Shown one piece after another: positions 32,487 to 42,165 of a stretch of DNA of 64,000 nucleotides. This DNA comes from Spirochaetia bacterium. GTDB lineage: Bacteria; Spirochaetota; Spirochaetia; CADAEX01. Each line of letters opens with the position of its first letter. The first letter of the stretch is position 1. The translations under genes and the position numbers were made by a program. The DNA is taken from assembly GCA_045606105.1 (NCBI GenBank), contig JAZURI010000007.1, positions 50,875-114,874 on the forward strand, in the 5' to 3' direction. The notes under the pieces were generated by a model, which ran no database searches, was not told the origin of the DNA, and saw only the letters and a list, made by a program, of their open reading frames with translations.

Positions 32487-33263
32487 ATGGACTATACATC
32501 ATTACGCAGAACCCGCCTTGAAAAAATCAAAGGACGTTATGTTCCGGGAAGCAGCCTGAAGGTCTTTACCGCACCTCCGCTGGATTCCGCAGTCAGTCTC
32601 GGTCATAAGCTGATGACACTGGAGGATGACAATGCCCTGGAGATCCTGGAATACCATGAACTGGTAAACGGAACCGATGATGCCATTATATTTGAAAACG
32701 GAATATTTGAAATAAGAAACGAGCTCTACGACAATGGACCCTTTGTTCCGGACGAAGGGATGAAGGCTGTTTTCGACGAGGCAATGGGTAATGATGATGC
32801 CAATGAGGAAAGAAGCACTGCTGCCGGAACCGTAAGGATCGATTTTCCCGAAACTTCCGGAGAAAGGGCTCTTTATCTTTCATCCCTTCTCAGGGAAACC
32901 GCATCTCCCTTTGCAGCATTGCTGAGAGAGGATGACCGTTCATTGAAATCAATCTATTCCGTTGGTTTTACATCGGGAAAGGGAAATCCGGTTTTTGATT
33001 TTGATCCTGAAAGCGACCTTTACAAGGAGATCTTTTCCCCAAGGAGAACCCTGCTGTTCAACGAGACACCGGAACGGCTTTCCGAACTCTGGGAAAATGT
33101 GCCGGAAGCAGACCTGGGAAGAATATACGGCTGCTGCTTTGTACCTCTCGGAAACATCACCGGCGGGGACTATCTTTTCTTTGCCTTTGCCCCCTCTTTA
33201 ATACAGGGAGAGAAGGTCCTTTCCATACTAAAAAAATTAAACAATATCCTTGATTTTGCTTGA
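32487..33263 (+). CDS. Hypothetical protein
   Basis: 258 aa ORF fills the rplQ-rny gap; no motif recognised. Confidence 0.7.
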   Translation: MDYTSLRRTRLEKIKGRYVPGSSLKVFTAPPLDSAVSLGHKLMTLEDDNALEILEYHELVNGTDDAIIFENGIFEIRNELYDNGPFVPDEGMKAVFDEAMGNDDANEERSTAAGTVRIDFPETSGERALYLSSLLRETASPFAALLREDDRSLKSIYSVGFTSGKGNPVFDFDPESDLYKEIFSPRRTLLFNETPERLSELWENVPEADLGRIYGCCFVPLGNITGGDYLFFAFAPSLIQGEKVLSILKKLNNILDFA

Positions 33264-33313
33264 CACCTCAAAAAGATTACTAGTATTATTAAATGATAAT
33301 ATCGGAGGAAGTC

Positions 33314-34846
33314 ATGATAAATTACATTTGGTTTTTTATTCTTCCTCTCGTAGGCTTGATAATAGGCTGGACCATACGTTGGCTGTATGCTAAATTTCAG
33401 CTTTCCTCTTCGGAGCAGAAGGCGGAAAGAATAAAGCAGGATGCAGTTAAAGAGGCCGAAGCTATAAAGAAAGAACTGGTGCTTGAAACCAAGGATCAGC
33501 TCTTAAAAGAGCGGAATCAGCAGGAACGGGAATTCAGGGACAGAAGAGCTGAGCTCCAGAAACAGGAGAGAAGGCTTATCCAGAAGGAGGATAACCTTGA
33601 CAACAAGCTCGGAGTAATTGAAAAACAGACACAGGCTATTGCAGATCGAGAGAAAGAAATCAAGAACAGGGAAGCATCCCTTGTAGAGCAGGAATTCATC
33701 TGGAAGGAAAAGCTTGAAAAAATCTCGGAGCTTACATCCGAGGAAGCAAAGCAGCTCATTATCCAGACCATGGAAAACGAGGCCAGACACGATGCCCAGG
33801 CCCTTCTGAACAAGATTGAACAGGAGGCTCAGGTTACGGCAGAGAAGAAGGCCAGAGAGATTCTTGTCACAACTATCCAGAGAGTTGCTACAGAGGTTAC
33901 ATCTGATGTGACAGTTACATCTGTCAGCCTTCCTACAGACGAGATGAAGGGAAGAATCATCGGTCGTGAGGGAAGAAACATCAGGGCACTGGAAACTCTT
34001 ACCGGAGTAGATGTCATTATTGACGATACACCTGAGGCAGTGGTTATCTCCTGCTTCGATCCGGTCAAGAAGGAAATTGCCAAGGAAGCACTGGAGCGCC
34101 TTATCATGGACGGTCGTATCCATCCTGCACGTATCGAGGATGTGGTACAGAAGGTAACAAAGGATATCAACCAGATAATATACGAGGAAGGTGAGAAGGT
34201 TCTTTTCGATGTGGGTATCCACAACATGTCACAGGAAGGAATCAGGGCACTGGGAAGACTTCATTTCAGGACAAGCTACGGACAGAATGTTCTTCAGCAT
34301 TCGAAGGAAGTAGCCGTTATTGCAGGTCTTATTGCATCTGAAATCGGAGCCAACAGGTCACTTGCCCACAGGGCGGCACTTCTCCACGATATCGGAAAGG
34401 GAATTGAATCCGACGGCGAAGGAAACCATGCTGAGGTAGGTATGGAGGTGGCCAGAAAGATGGGAGAGGATCCGCGCATCGTTAATGCAATCGGAGCTCA
34501 CCACAACGATATCGAGCCATGCTGTATCGAATCCATCATCGTTCAGATTGCCGATGCCATTTCTGCAGCCAGACCGGGTGCAAGAAAGGAAACAATTGAC
34601 AATTATATCAAGAGATTGGAAAATCTTGAGAATATTGCTCTTCAGTTTGAAGGAATCGATAAGGCTTATGCTATTCAGGCCGGCAGAGAGCTCCGTATTC
34701 TTGTAAACAGCGAGCAGGTTAATGACGAAAGAGCATCAGAGCTGGGACGTCTTATTACCAAGAAGATCGAATCTGAATTACGGTATCCGGGCAGGATAAG
34801 AGTAACAATTATCCGGGAAACCAGAGTAGTTGAATATGCCCGCTGA
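33314..34846 (+). CDS. rny: Ribonuclease Y
   Basis: N-terminal TM, coiled coil, KH (KGRIIGREGRNI), HD domain (LLHDIGK); start at ATG after GGAGG. Confidence 0.97.
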   Translation: MINYIWFFILPLVGLIIGWTIRWLYAKFQLSSSEQKAERIKQDAVKEAEAIKKELVLETKDQLLKERNQQEREFRDRRAELQKQERRLIQKEDNLDNKLGVIEKQTQAIADREKEIKNREASLVEQEFIWKEKLEKISELTSEEAKQLIIQTMENEARHDAQALLNKIEQEAQVTAEKKAREILVTTIQRVATEVTSDVTVTSVSLPTDEMKGRIIGREGRNIRALETLTGVDVIIDDTPEAVVISCFDPVKKEIAKEALERLIMDGRIHPARIEDVVQKVTKDINQIIYEEGEKVLFDVGIHNMSQEGIRALGRLHFRTSYGQNVLQHSKEVAVIAGLIASEIGANRSLAHRAALLHDIGKGIESDGEGNHAEVGMEVARKMGEDPRIVNAIGAHHNDIEPCCIESIIVQIADAISAARPGARKETIDNYIKRLENLENIALQFEGIDKAYAIQAGRELRILVNSEQVNDERASELGRLITKKIESELRYPGRIRVTIIRETRVVEYAR

Positions 34847-35615
34847 TACAATCAAAGTCCTGTTTCTCGGGGATGTCATCGGACAGCCGGGAAACAGGGC
34901 CGTTTTTTTCAACCTTAAAAATCTTATAAAAAAATATAATGCCGACTTTACCATAATCAACGGAGAAAACTCTGCTGACGGCTTCGGTATTCTCCCTGCA
35001 GCTGCAGACCAGTTCTTCCAGAACGGGGCAGATGTAATAACCAGCGGAAACCATATCTGGCAGAAGCCTGAGATATTTCCTTATATGGAGGAGCATGAGA
35101 ATATCATCAGACCTGCAAACTTCCCGCCGGGAGCACCGGGACACGGTTATTGTACCGTGGAGAAGAAAAACGTGAAGCTTGCGGTAATCAACCTCCAGGG
35201 ACGGGAGAACATGGTCTCCATCGATTGTCCCTTCAGGACTGTCAAGGATATTCTCAAGAAGGTAAGGAAGGAGACACCTCTTGTTTTTGTGGATTTCCAT
35301 GCCGAGACACCTACGGAAAAGGAAGCTCTGGCCTGTTATCTGGACGGACAGGTAAGCGTGGTGGCAGGAACTCATACCCATGTACAGACTGCCGATGAAA
35401 GAATCCTTAAAAACGGAACAGCATACATTACCGATGTGGGAATGACCGGTGCCGAAGAATCGGTAATCGGAACCATCAAGGAAATAGCTATTGAAAGGGT
35501 ACTTACCCAGATGCCTCTGAAAATGGAAATTGCCGATCTTGAGGTCCGTATTTCAGGTATTCTGGTGGAGCTTGATACAGCAACAGGAAAGGCCCTCTCC
35601 ATCGAAAGAATATGA
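34836..35615 (+). CDS. ymdB: YmdB/TIGR00282-family metallophosphoesterase
   Basis: GDVIG, NGEN, SGNH, DFHAE, GTHTHVQTAD. Confidence 0.93.
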   Translation: MPADTIKVLFLGDVIGQPGNRAVFFNLKNLIKKYNADFTIINGENSADGFGILPAAADQFFQNGADVITSGNHIWQKPEIFPYMEEHENIIRPANFPPGAPGHGYCTVEKKNVKLAVINLQGRENMVSIDCPFRTVKDILKKVRKETPLVFVDFHAETPTEKEALACYLDGQVSVVAGTHTHVQTADERILKNGTAYITDVGMTGAEESVIGTIKEIAIERVLTQMPLKMEIADLEVRISGILVELDTATGKALSIERI

Positions 35616-36379
35616 AAAAAATCCCGCTTCTGCAGCTTTTAAGACAGAAATATCCGGAAACCGACAGTGACAGGCTCTACTCCTCGGTTCTCTGCGGCGA
35701 TGTTTTTGTGGAGGGTGAAAAGGTTCGGAATCCAAAGGAGCTTTTTCCGCAGGACAGCATGGTAATCATCGAAAGCAGGAAGTTTGTCTCCCGGGGTGGC
35801 TTCAAGCTTGAAAAGGCACTGAATGAATGGAATATAGATGTAACCGGAAAAACAGTCCTTGATGCAGGCTCCTCTACAGGGGGCTTTACCGATTGTCTCC
35901 TTCAGCGGGGGGCGGAAATAGTTCATGCTGTGGATTCAGGCTTCAATCAGCTGGATTTTACCCTCAGACAGAATCCCCGTGTCAGGGTCCATGAGAAGAC
36001 CAATATCATGGATGTGGAGCATCTGGAACCGGGTCCTCACATGGCAGTTGCAGATCTCTCCTTCCGTTCCATAACCGGGGCTGCAGCCAGGATTCTTTCC
36101 CTGACGGAGGATAAGTTCCTTATCGCGCTTATAAAGCCGCAGTTCGAGGAAAGGGGTCTGGTAAAGGATTTTGACGGCATAATCCGCAACACCGGAGATC
36201 TGAAAAAAGTGCTTCTGGAAACAGTTCGCCTCCTTTTTGAAGAGGGCTCCTATATTGCAGACATCACCGAATCACCCTTCCGCGGTACCAAGGGAAACCG
36301 TGAGTTCCTGTGCATGATTACAGGCCGGGAGCTGGTATCTTTGGAAGAAATCTCAGAAAAGATCAATAATATCAGATAA
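35612..36379 (+). CDS. tlyA: TlyA-family rRNA 2'-O-methyltransferase
   Basis: FVSRGGFKL, DAGSSTGGFTDCLLQ, LIKPQFE. Confidence 0.93.
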   Translation: MKKIPLLQLLRQKYPETDSDRLYSSVLCGDVFVEGEKVRNPKELFPQDSMVIIESRKFVSRGGFKLEKALNEWNIDVTGKTVLDAGSSTGGFTDCLLQRGAEIVHAVDSGFNQLDFTLRQNPRVRVHEKTNIMDVEHLEPGPHMAVADLSFRSITGAAARILSLTEDKFLIALIKPQFEERGLVKDFDGIIRNTGDLKKVLLETVRLLFEEGSYIADITESPFRGTKGNREFLCMITGRELVSLEEISEKINNIR

Positions 36380-36988
36380 TTCATCAAGGGAATCTATTAT
36401 AGGTGCGCCGGTTTTTTCCAGGGCTTTTCTGTTCTGGTGGCCGCCGGAGAAAAGGATGCATTCTCCCTTCAGTGCCTCAGCTGTTTCCCAGTCGTGGGTT
36501 GTATCGCCTATAACCAGCTTTCTTCCGTTATCATTGCTTCCGAAAAAGGCTTCTGCCCTTTCTGTCTTGGATTCTGCCCTGAAGTCGGAGGCACCAAGTA
36601 CGGCACTGAAATATTTTTCCAGACCGAAGCGTGAAAGAAGCCTGTTGATTTCGGCTGTGTTTGCGGCTGAAAGGATAATCTGGGGTATTCCTGCCCTGCA
36701 GACACTATCCAGGGCACTGACAGCACCCTGCATCAGCTTCACCCTGTTTTCGTACCTGATATAGCTTTGGGTGAATTCCCTGACAATGGTATCAAAGGGA
36801 ACCTTTTTAAGATCAAATATATGCTCATAGAATCTGATTATGGGAATATCCACATAGCTTCTGTATCTTTCCAGGTCAATCAGTTCCATTTCCCTGGAGC
36901 GCAGCATGTCATTCACGCAGTCCATGCAGATTCCGGTATCGTCAAGAAGGGTTCCGTTCCAGTCCCATATTATGCAAGAGTATTTCAC
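36353..36988 (-). CDS. HAD-family hydrolase (phosphoglycolate phosphatase-like)
   Basis: WDWNGTL motif I, IGDTTHD motif. Confidence 0.88.
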   Translation of the reverse strand: MKYSCIIWDWNGTLLDDTGICMDCVNDMLRSREMELIDLERYRSYVDIPIIRFYEHIFDLKKVPFDTIVREFTQSYIRYENRVKLMQGAVSALDSVCRAGIPQIILSAANTAEINRLLSRFGLEKYFSAVLGASDFRAESKTERAEAFFGSNDNGRKLVIGDTTHDWETAEALKGECILFSGGHQNRKALEKTGAPIIDSLDELSDIIDLF

Positions 36989-37040
36989 AGCTCCACTTTA
37001 ACTGTTTACAAAATTTACATCAAGTCGTATTATTTTCCTG

Positions 37041-37445
37041 ATGAACATTATCCGGAGATATAAAAAAAGAATATCGGTTCCCATGAATGCAATGTGCGAT
37101 ATTGCCTTCCTCCTTTTTATCTTTATCATGGTCATTTCCATCATCAACAACGAAAAGCCTGAGAATTTCGAATATGCGGTTTCGGCAGAGGGGGAGGAAC
37201 AGGTTCCGGCTCTGGAGTTCTTCGTATCGCCTGACGGTACTGTTTTCAACGGCGGCATGGTTGATGATGCGGCGGTTATGGCCATGGCTGCAGAGGCAGT
37301 AAGGAAAAACAGCGAAGCATTGATTGCGGTTTCGGCTCACAGGGATTGTGAATACAGGCATGTGGACCGTCTTGTCTCCCTGTTGAAAAAAGGGGGATGC
37401 ATAAATTTTTTATTCTCTGCAGAAAAATTTTCAAATAGCTATTGA
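37041..37445 (+). CDS. ExbD/TolR-family biopolymer transporter
   Basis: PMNAMCDIAFLLFIFIMV TM helix with the conserved Asp, small periplasmic domain. Confidence 0.8.
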   Translation: MNIIRRYKKRISVPMNAMCDIAFLLFIFIMVISIINNEKPENFEYAVSAEGEEQVPALEFFVSPDGTVFNGGMVDDAAVMAMAAEAVRKNSEALIAVSAHRDCEYRHVDRLVSLLKKGGCINFLFSAEKFSNSY

Positions 37446-37470
37446 CTTTCTTTGTATGATTTAATATTCT
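37442..37470 (+). promoter_or_regulatory. sigma70-type promoter of tRNA-Thr/Tyr
   Basis: TTGACT-17 nt-TATTCT, 13 nt upstream of the tRNA. Confidence 0.7.
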
Positions 37471-37483
37471 AAACGAGGTTGAT

Positions 37484-37557
37484 GCCATCTTAGCTCAGCT
37501 GGCCAGAGCACGTGACTTGTAATCTCGGGGTCGTCAGTTCGAATCTGACAGATGGCT
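37484..37557 (+). tRNA. tRNA-Thr(TGT)
   Basis: Acceptor GCCATCT/AGATGGC, anticodon loop CTTGTAA, T loop TTCGAAT. Confidence 0.95.
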
Positions 37558-37577
37558 TTACAACTTTTAGTTGTTAT

Positions 37578-37659
37578 GGGGAGATTCCCGAGCGGTCAAA
37601 GGGGGCAGACTGTAAATCTGTTGACTAAGTCTTCGAAGGTCCGAATCCTTCTCTCCCCA
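37578..37659 (+). tRNA. tRNA-Tyr(GTA)
   Basis: Acceptor GGGGAGA/TCTCCCC, anticodon loop CTGTAAA, long variable arm; T loop TCCGAAT. Confidence 0.93.
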
Positions 37660-37662
37660 GCT

Positions 37663-37697
37663 TGCCTTCTGAATTTTTTTCAGAAGGCATTTTTTTT
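37663..37697 (+). terminator. Rho-independent terminator
   Basis: TGCCTTCTGAA/TTCAGAAGGCA stem followed by T8. Confidence 0.9.
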
Positions 37698-37714
37698 GTT
37701 TATCGAGGTGTTTT

Positions 37715-38182
37715 ATGTTTGAACCTTTTTACAAGGATGGACTGAATTTTGAATGTCAGCGCTGTTCCGGCTGCTGCAGATATGACAGCGGATATGTTTT
37801 TCTTTCGGAAGAGGATATAAGCAATCTTCTTGAGGTGCTGGGTATATCCAGGGAAGAACTGCTGGAAAAGTATTGTACAGAGGTAAACATAAGCGGAACC
37901 TACCGTATAAGTCTTCAGGAAAAGGAAAATTTTGACTGTATCTTCTGGAGCGACGGAGGCTGCAGCGTATACAAGGGGCGCCCTCTTCAGTGCCGCAGCT
38001 TTCCCTTCTGGGCTCCATACCTGGAATCCAGGGAGGACTGGGACGGTCTGGGAGAATCCTGTCCGGGTGTAAACAAGGGAAAGCTTCATTCCAGGGAAGA
38101 GATAGAGGAGTGGCTTTACAGAAGAAGAGCCGAAAAGCTCATATCGGTTAAACCGGATCTTAAAGAAGTCCTTGATAGCTGA
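37715..38182 (+). CDS. YkgJ-family cysteine-cluster protein
   Basis: CQRCSGCC, CIF, CSVYKGRPLQCRSFPFW. Confidence 0.9.
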   Translation: MFEPFYKDGLNFECQRCSGCCRYDSGYVFLSEEDISNLLEVLGISREELLEKYCTEVNISGTYRISLQEKENFDCIFWSDGGCSVYKGRPLQCRSFPFWAPYLESREDWDGLGESCPGVNKGKLHSREEIEEWLYRRRAEKLISVKPDLKEVLDS

Positions 38183-38208
38183 CCTTTCTTATAATATAAT
38201 AAATTACG

Positions 38209-39147
38209 ATGAAGATTAAATTCTGGGGTGTGTGCGGCTCCGTACCGTCCCCTCTTACCACAGAAAAATTCAGGCGGAAGGTTTCATCCATAGTTCAGCG
38301 TATTACCCCTGAGGATCTTGAAACACCGGAAATGAGGGAGAAATTCCTTGCACAGCTGCCGGTATCCCTTTTTTCCGTAACGGGAGGAAATACCCCATGC
38401 ATTGAGATCAGACCTGATGACGATACCCTGATCATTGTAGACGGGGGAACAGGGCTCCATGAGCTGGGACGACACCTGGAGGAGAGCTGCTCCGGTATCA
38501 GGGAATGCCATATATTCCTTACCCATTTCCACTGGGACCATATCCAGGGAATCCCTTTCTTCAGGCCTGCCTTTGACCGGGAATGGAAGATAACCTTCTA
38601 CAGTCCGGACGAAAAGCTTGAATCAATTCTCAGGGAGCAGATGAAAATGCCCTACAGCAGCGTAGAAATGTCTGAGATGAAGGCTGATATCCGGTTTGTG
38701 GTACTGCGGCACAAGATAAGCTTTTCCGGCTGCGATGTAAGCTTCCGGAAGATACTTCATCCGGGGGGCTGCTATGCCTATCGTTTTTCTGAAAACGGAA
38801 AGAATCTTATTGTAGCTACCGATATGGAGCTCAGAGAAGAGGATTTTGCCGATACCGATGAGAATTCCGAATTTTACCGCAGTGCGGATATGATAATACT
38901 TGATTCCCATTACGGTCCCAATGAAACGGCCGGAATCAGGGAACGGGGACATTCCTCCAACTGTCTGGGGGTGGATTTTACAGGCAAATGGGGAATCCGC
39001 AATCTTGTCCTTTTTCATTACAATCCCGATTTCAACGATACCAGGATTTCCGATCTTCTTACATCGGCACAATGGTATTCCAGACATATTCCGGGCTTCG
39101 GTGCCGGCATAATACTGGCCAGGGAAGGGCTGGTGCTGGAGGTCTGA
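38209..39147 (+). CDS. Metallo-beta-lactamase-fold hydrolase
   Basis: GGNTPC, THFHWDHIQG, HPGG, GHS, LFH. Confidence 0.9.
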   Translation: MKIKFWGVCGSVPSPLTTEKFRRKVSSIVQRITPEDLETPEMREKFLAQLPVSLFSVTGGNTPCIEIRPDDDTLIIVDGGTGLHELGRHLEESCSGIRECHIFLTHFHWDHIQGIPFFRPAFDREWKITFYSPDEKLESILREQMKMPYSSVEMSEMKADIRFVVLRHKISFSGCDVSFRKILHPGGCYAYRFSENGKNLIVATDMELREEDFADTDENSEFYRSADMIILDSHYGPNETAGIRERGHSSNCLGVDFTGKWGIRNLVLFHYNPDFNDTRISDLLTSAQWYSRHIPGFGAGIILAREGLVLEV

Positions 39148-39335
39148 TGAATATAGAGCTTGACGAAAAAGGGTGCGAGGAGCTTTATTTTCTCCTTTCC
39201 CATAACGAAACATCACTGTCGGGACAGCTTTATTCACTGAAGATACTGCTGGAAAAGCCTCTTTTTAAGAAATACAGCTTTGAGGAAATCATGAAGCTGA
39301 AAGCAGATGCAAGGAGAAAATACAGCCTGGGATGA
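39147..39335 (+). CDS. Small hypothetical protein (62 aa)
   Basis: MNIELDEKGCEELYFLL...; TGATG overlap with upstream gene, GGAGG SD, ATGA overlap with mltG. Confidence 0.7.
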   Translation: MNIELDEKGCEELYFLLSHNETSLSGQLYSLKILLEKPLFKKYSFEEIMKLKADARRKYSLG

Positions 39336-40345
39336 AAAAATTCATAATTCTTTTGTTACTGGCTGCCGTCATTGCCGGCGGCGGTGGTGCCTATGCGTTT
39401 CATTATTTCAATCTTCCTGCTGCTCCGGAAACAGCCGGCAGTTCTGTTTTTGAAATCAGGAAAGGGGAGAGCCTGAGTGTCATAGCCGGCAATCTGGAAA
39501 AGGACGGCTTTATCAGGTCCGGTCTTTACCTGAGGCTGCTCAGCAGAAAAAACGGTACCGGCAACAGCTTCAAGACCGGTCAGTATGAAATCAGTCCTGC
39601 CATGACAGCAACGGAAATCCACGATCTCCTTGTTTCAGGCAAGGGTATAATGATAAAGGTAACCGTGCCGGAGGGAATAACCCTCAGGAAAACGGCAGCC
39701 ATACTGGAGGAGGCCGGAATTGTGTCTGCAGGTGATTTTATCGCCGCCGCCTCCGACAGGAAAATCCTGGACCGGTACGGTATAAAGGGTGAGACTGCAG
39801 AGGGCTTCATATTTCCCGATTCCTACCTGTTCCAGAAAAATGTTTCCGCCGGTTCGGTGCTGGATATCTTTCTGAAGACATTCTTCGGTAAATTGGGAAA
39901 GGTTTGTCCGGGATATGCCTCTCTCAGCAGTGAGGAGCTTTACGACAAGGTTATCCTGGCCTCCATTGTGGAGCGGGAGTACAGAAGGGCTGAGGAGGCT
40001 CCTCTTATTGCTTCGGTTTTCACCAACAGGCTGAAGATAGGGATGAGCCTTGCTTCGTGTGCCACCATCGAATACATTATTACCGAAATCCAGGGGAAAA
40101 AGCATCCGGAATACATAACCTATGCCGATCTGGAAATAAAATCACCCTATAACACCTACAGGAACAAGGGGCTTCCGCCGGGTCCCATATCGAATCCGGG
40201 TATAATAGCCCTGGAAGCGGCCGTAAAGCCGGCTGAAAGCGATTATCTCTTCTTCCTGCTCAAGGACAGGGAGACAGGAGAGCATTTTTTCTCGAAGCGG
40301 TTTTCGGACCACAGCAACGCCAAGATTCTTTATCTTAAAAAATAA
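39332..40345 (+). CDS. mltG: Endolytic transglycosylase MltG
   Basis: N-terminal TM, EGFIFPDSY, LASIVERE, SPYNTY, GLPPGPISNPG. Confidence 0.95.
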   Translation: MKKFIILLLLAAVIAGGGGAYAFHYFNLPAAPETAGSSVFEIRKGESLSVIAGNLEKDGFIRSGLYLRLLSRKNGTGNSFKTGQYEISPAMTATEIHDLLVSGKGIMIKVTVPEGITLRKTAAILEEAGIVSAGDFIAAASDRKILDRYGIKGETAEGFIFPDSYLFQKNVSAGSVLDIFLKTFFGKLGKVCPGYASLSSEELYDKVILASIVEREYRRAEEAPLIASVFTNRLKIGMSLASCATIEYIITEIQGKKHPEYITYADLEIKSPYNTYRNKGLPPGPISNPGIIALEAAVKPAESDYLFFLLKDRETGEHFFSKRFSDHSNAKILYLKK

Positions 40346-40398
40346 GCTGATTCTTGAAAAATCGTGAAATATATAATATACTATAATTGGGTTATTAT

Positions 40399-42165
40399 AT
40401 GTTTCTTCCTGATGACGTTATAAAAGAAATTTCAGACAGAACCGATATCGAAGCGCTGGTGAGCCGTTATGTAACCCTGCAGAGGGTAGGTGGCAGGCTT
40501 AAGGGATTATGCCCGTTTCATCAGGAAAAGACACCATCCTTCACCGTATCTCCCGACAAGGGGGTATTCCATTGCTTCGGCTGCAAGAAGGGGGGCAATG
40601 CCTTCACATTCCTCATGGAGATGGAAAAGCTGACCTTTCCGGAGGCAGCGGAGCAGTTGGCTAAATCTGCGGGAATCTCCCTGGAGCAATATAAATACAG
40701 GGGCAGTCCCGAAGGTGTTTCCGAAAAACAGAAGCTGACAGAGCTCAACGACAGGGTGGCAAAGGCCCTGCACTATATCCTGATATCTACCCCGGAGGGA
40801 AAGGGGGCGCTGGATTATCTGCTGGGAAGGGGCGTAACCATGGAGATGATAGAAAAATTCTGTCTGGGTTACATGCCTGATGACAGGACCTGGCTCCACT
40901 CATTCCTTGTCCGGAAGAACTATTCTCCCGATTTCCTGGCAAAAAGCGGTCTTTTTTCGGTCCGGTATCCAAGGATTTCACTGTTTTCGGGCCGTGTGAT
41001 TTTTCCGGTATTTTCCAGACACGGAAATGTGATAGCCTTCGGAGGCAGGACCATGAAGAAGGATGAGCAGCCCAAATATATCAACTCTCCCGAAACTGCG
41101 GCCTTCAGGAAGCATGAAGAGCTTTTCGGTCTGAATATCGCACTGCAGGCCATGAGAAAAAGCGAATTCTGCTATGTGGTTGAAGGGTACATGGATGTGA
41201 TAGCCATGAACCAGGCGGGAATAGAGAATGTGGTGGCTCCTCTGGGAACAGCCCTTACCGAGGATCAGGCCAGGATGATAAAGAGAAATGCTCCCCGGGT
41301 GGTGCTTCTTTTCGACGGAGATGCGGCCGGTGTCAAGGCGGCGGAAAGGGGAAGCTTCATATGTGAGAAGGAAAATCTCATCTGCGATATCGTCAAGCTG
41401 CCGGGGGACAATGACCCTGCCGACATTCTGCGGAGCGAGGGAAAGGATGCCTTGACAAAACATCTCGGAAATGTTATAAATTGCTTTGATTTTATATTGG
41501 GTAACTCTTGCCGTAACTATGACATAAAGCATTTTGAGGGAATAAAAAAGCTGTACGAAAAGATATTTCCTCTTCTTGACATTACGGACTCGGAGGTACG
41601 CAAGGAACAGCGTCTGAAATCTGTAGCAGACAGTTTAAATGCCGATTACAGATCAGTTTACAATGATTATTATAAAAGTCGTAAAGGGGGAATCGGAAAC
41701 ACGTTAAGCAGTGCGGCTGCGGTTCAGGAAAACAAGATTTCCGGGGAACTGTATCTGCTGATTGCGGCACTGGTTAATGATAACTGTTTTGAAGAGGTAA
41801 GGAACGAGCTTACCGTTGATGATTTTCTTGACAGCAGGGCAAGAGAGCTGTTTATTGTCATGGAAGAATGCTTCAGGAAGAGAGTTTTCAAGGTTGATGT
41901 CATTCAGGAACAACTAAAGAACGAAAAACTCAGGGAAATGATAATGCAGAAGTTTTTTTCCGATGAATTCAGACTTAATCCGGAGAAAATTATCAGGGAC
42001 AGTATCAATAATGTAAAAATGAACAATCTTCTGATGAAAAGGCAGAAGGTGGAACGTGTTCTGCGCAGGTCTGCGGAGACGGATGCCGCTCAGCTGGAGG
42101 AACTTATAGCTGACAAGGCATATTATGACAAAGAAATTGAAAAACTAAAAGGAATGATAAATTAA
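40399..42165 (+). CDS. dnaG: DNA primase
   Basis: [11 protein letters not shown]...[26 protein letters not shown]. Confidence 0.97.
   Translation: MFLPDDVIKEISDRTDIEALVSRYVTLQRVGGRLKGLCPFHQEKTPSFTVSPDKGVFHCFGCKKGGNAFTFLMEMEKLTFPEAAEQLAKSAGISLEQYKYRGSPEGVSEKQKLTELNDRVAKALHYILISTPEGKGALDYLLGRGVTMEMIEKFCLGYMPDDRTWLHSFLVRKNYSPDFLAKSGLFSVRYPRISLFSGRVIFPVFSRHGNVIAFGGRTMKKDEQPKYINSPETAAFRKHEELFGLNIALQAMRKSEFCYVVEGYMDVIAMNQAGIENVVAPLGTALTEDQARMIKRNAPRVVLLFDGDAAGVKAAERGSFICEKENLICDIVKLPGDNDPADILRSEGKDALTKHLGNVINCFDFILGNSCRNYDIKHFEGIKKLYEKIFPLLDITDSEVRKEQRLKSVADSLNADYRSVYNDYYKSRKGGIGNTLSSAAAVQENKISGELYLLIAALVNDNCFEEVRNELTVDDFLDSRARELFIVMEECFRKRVFKVDVIQEQLKNEKLREMIMQKFFSDEFRLNPEKIIRDSINNVKMNNLLMKRQKVERVLRRSAETDAAQLEELIADKAYYDKEIEKLKGMIN

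Noticed and set aside
35612-36379. TlyA as a haemolysin or virulence factor
   Set aside because: Motifs are those of the rRNA methyltransferase in a conserved housekeeping context
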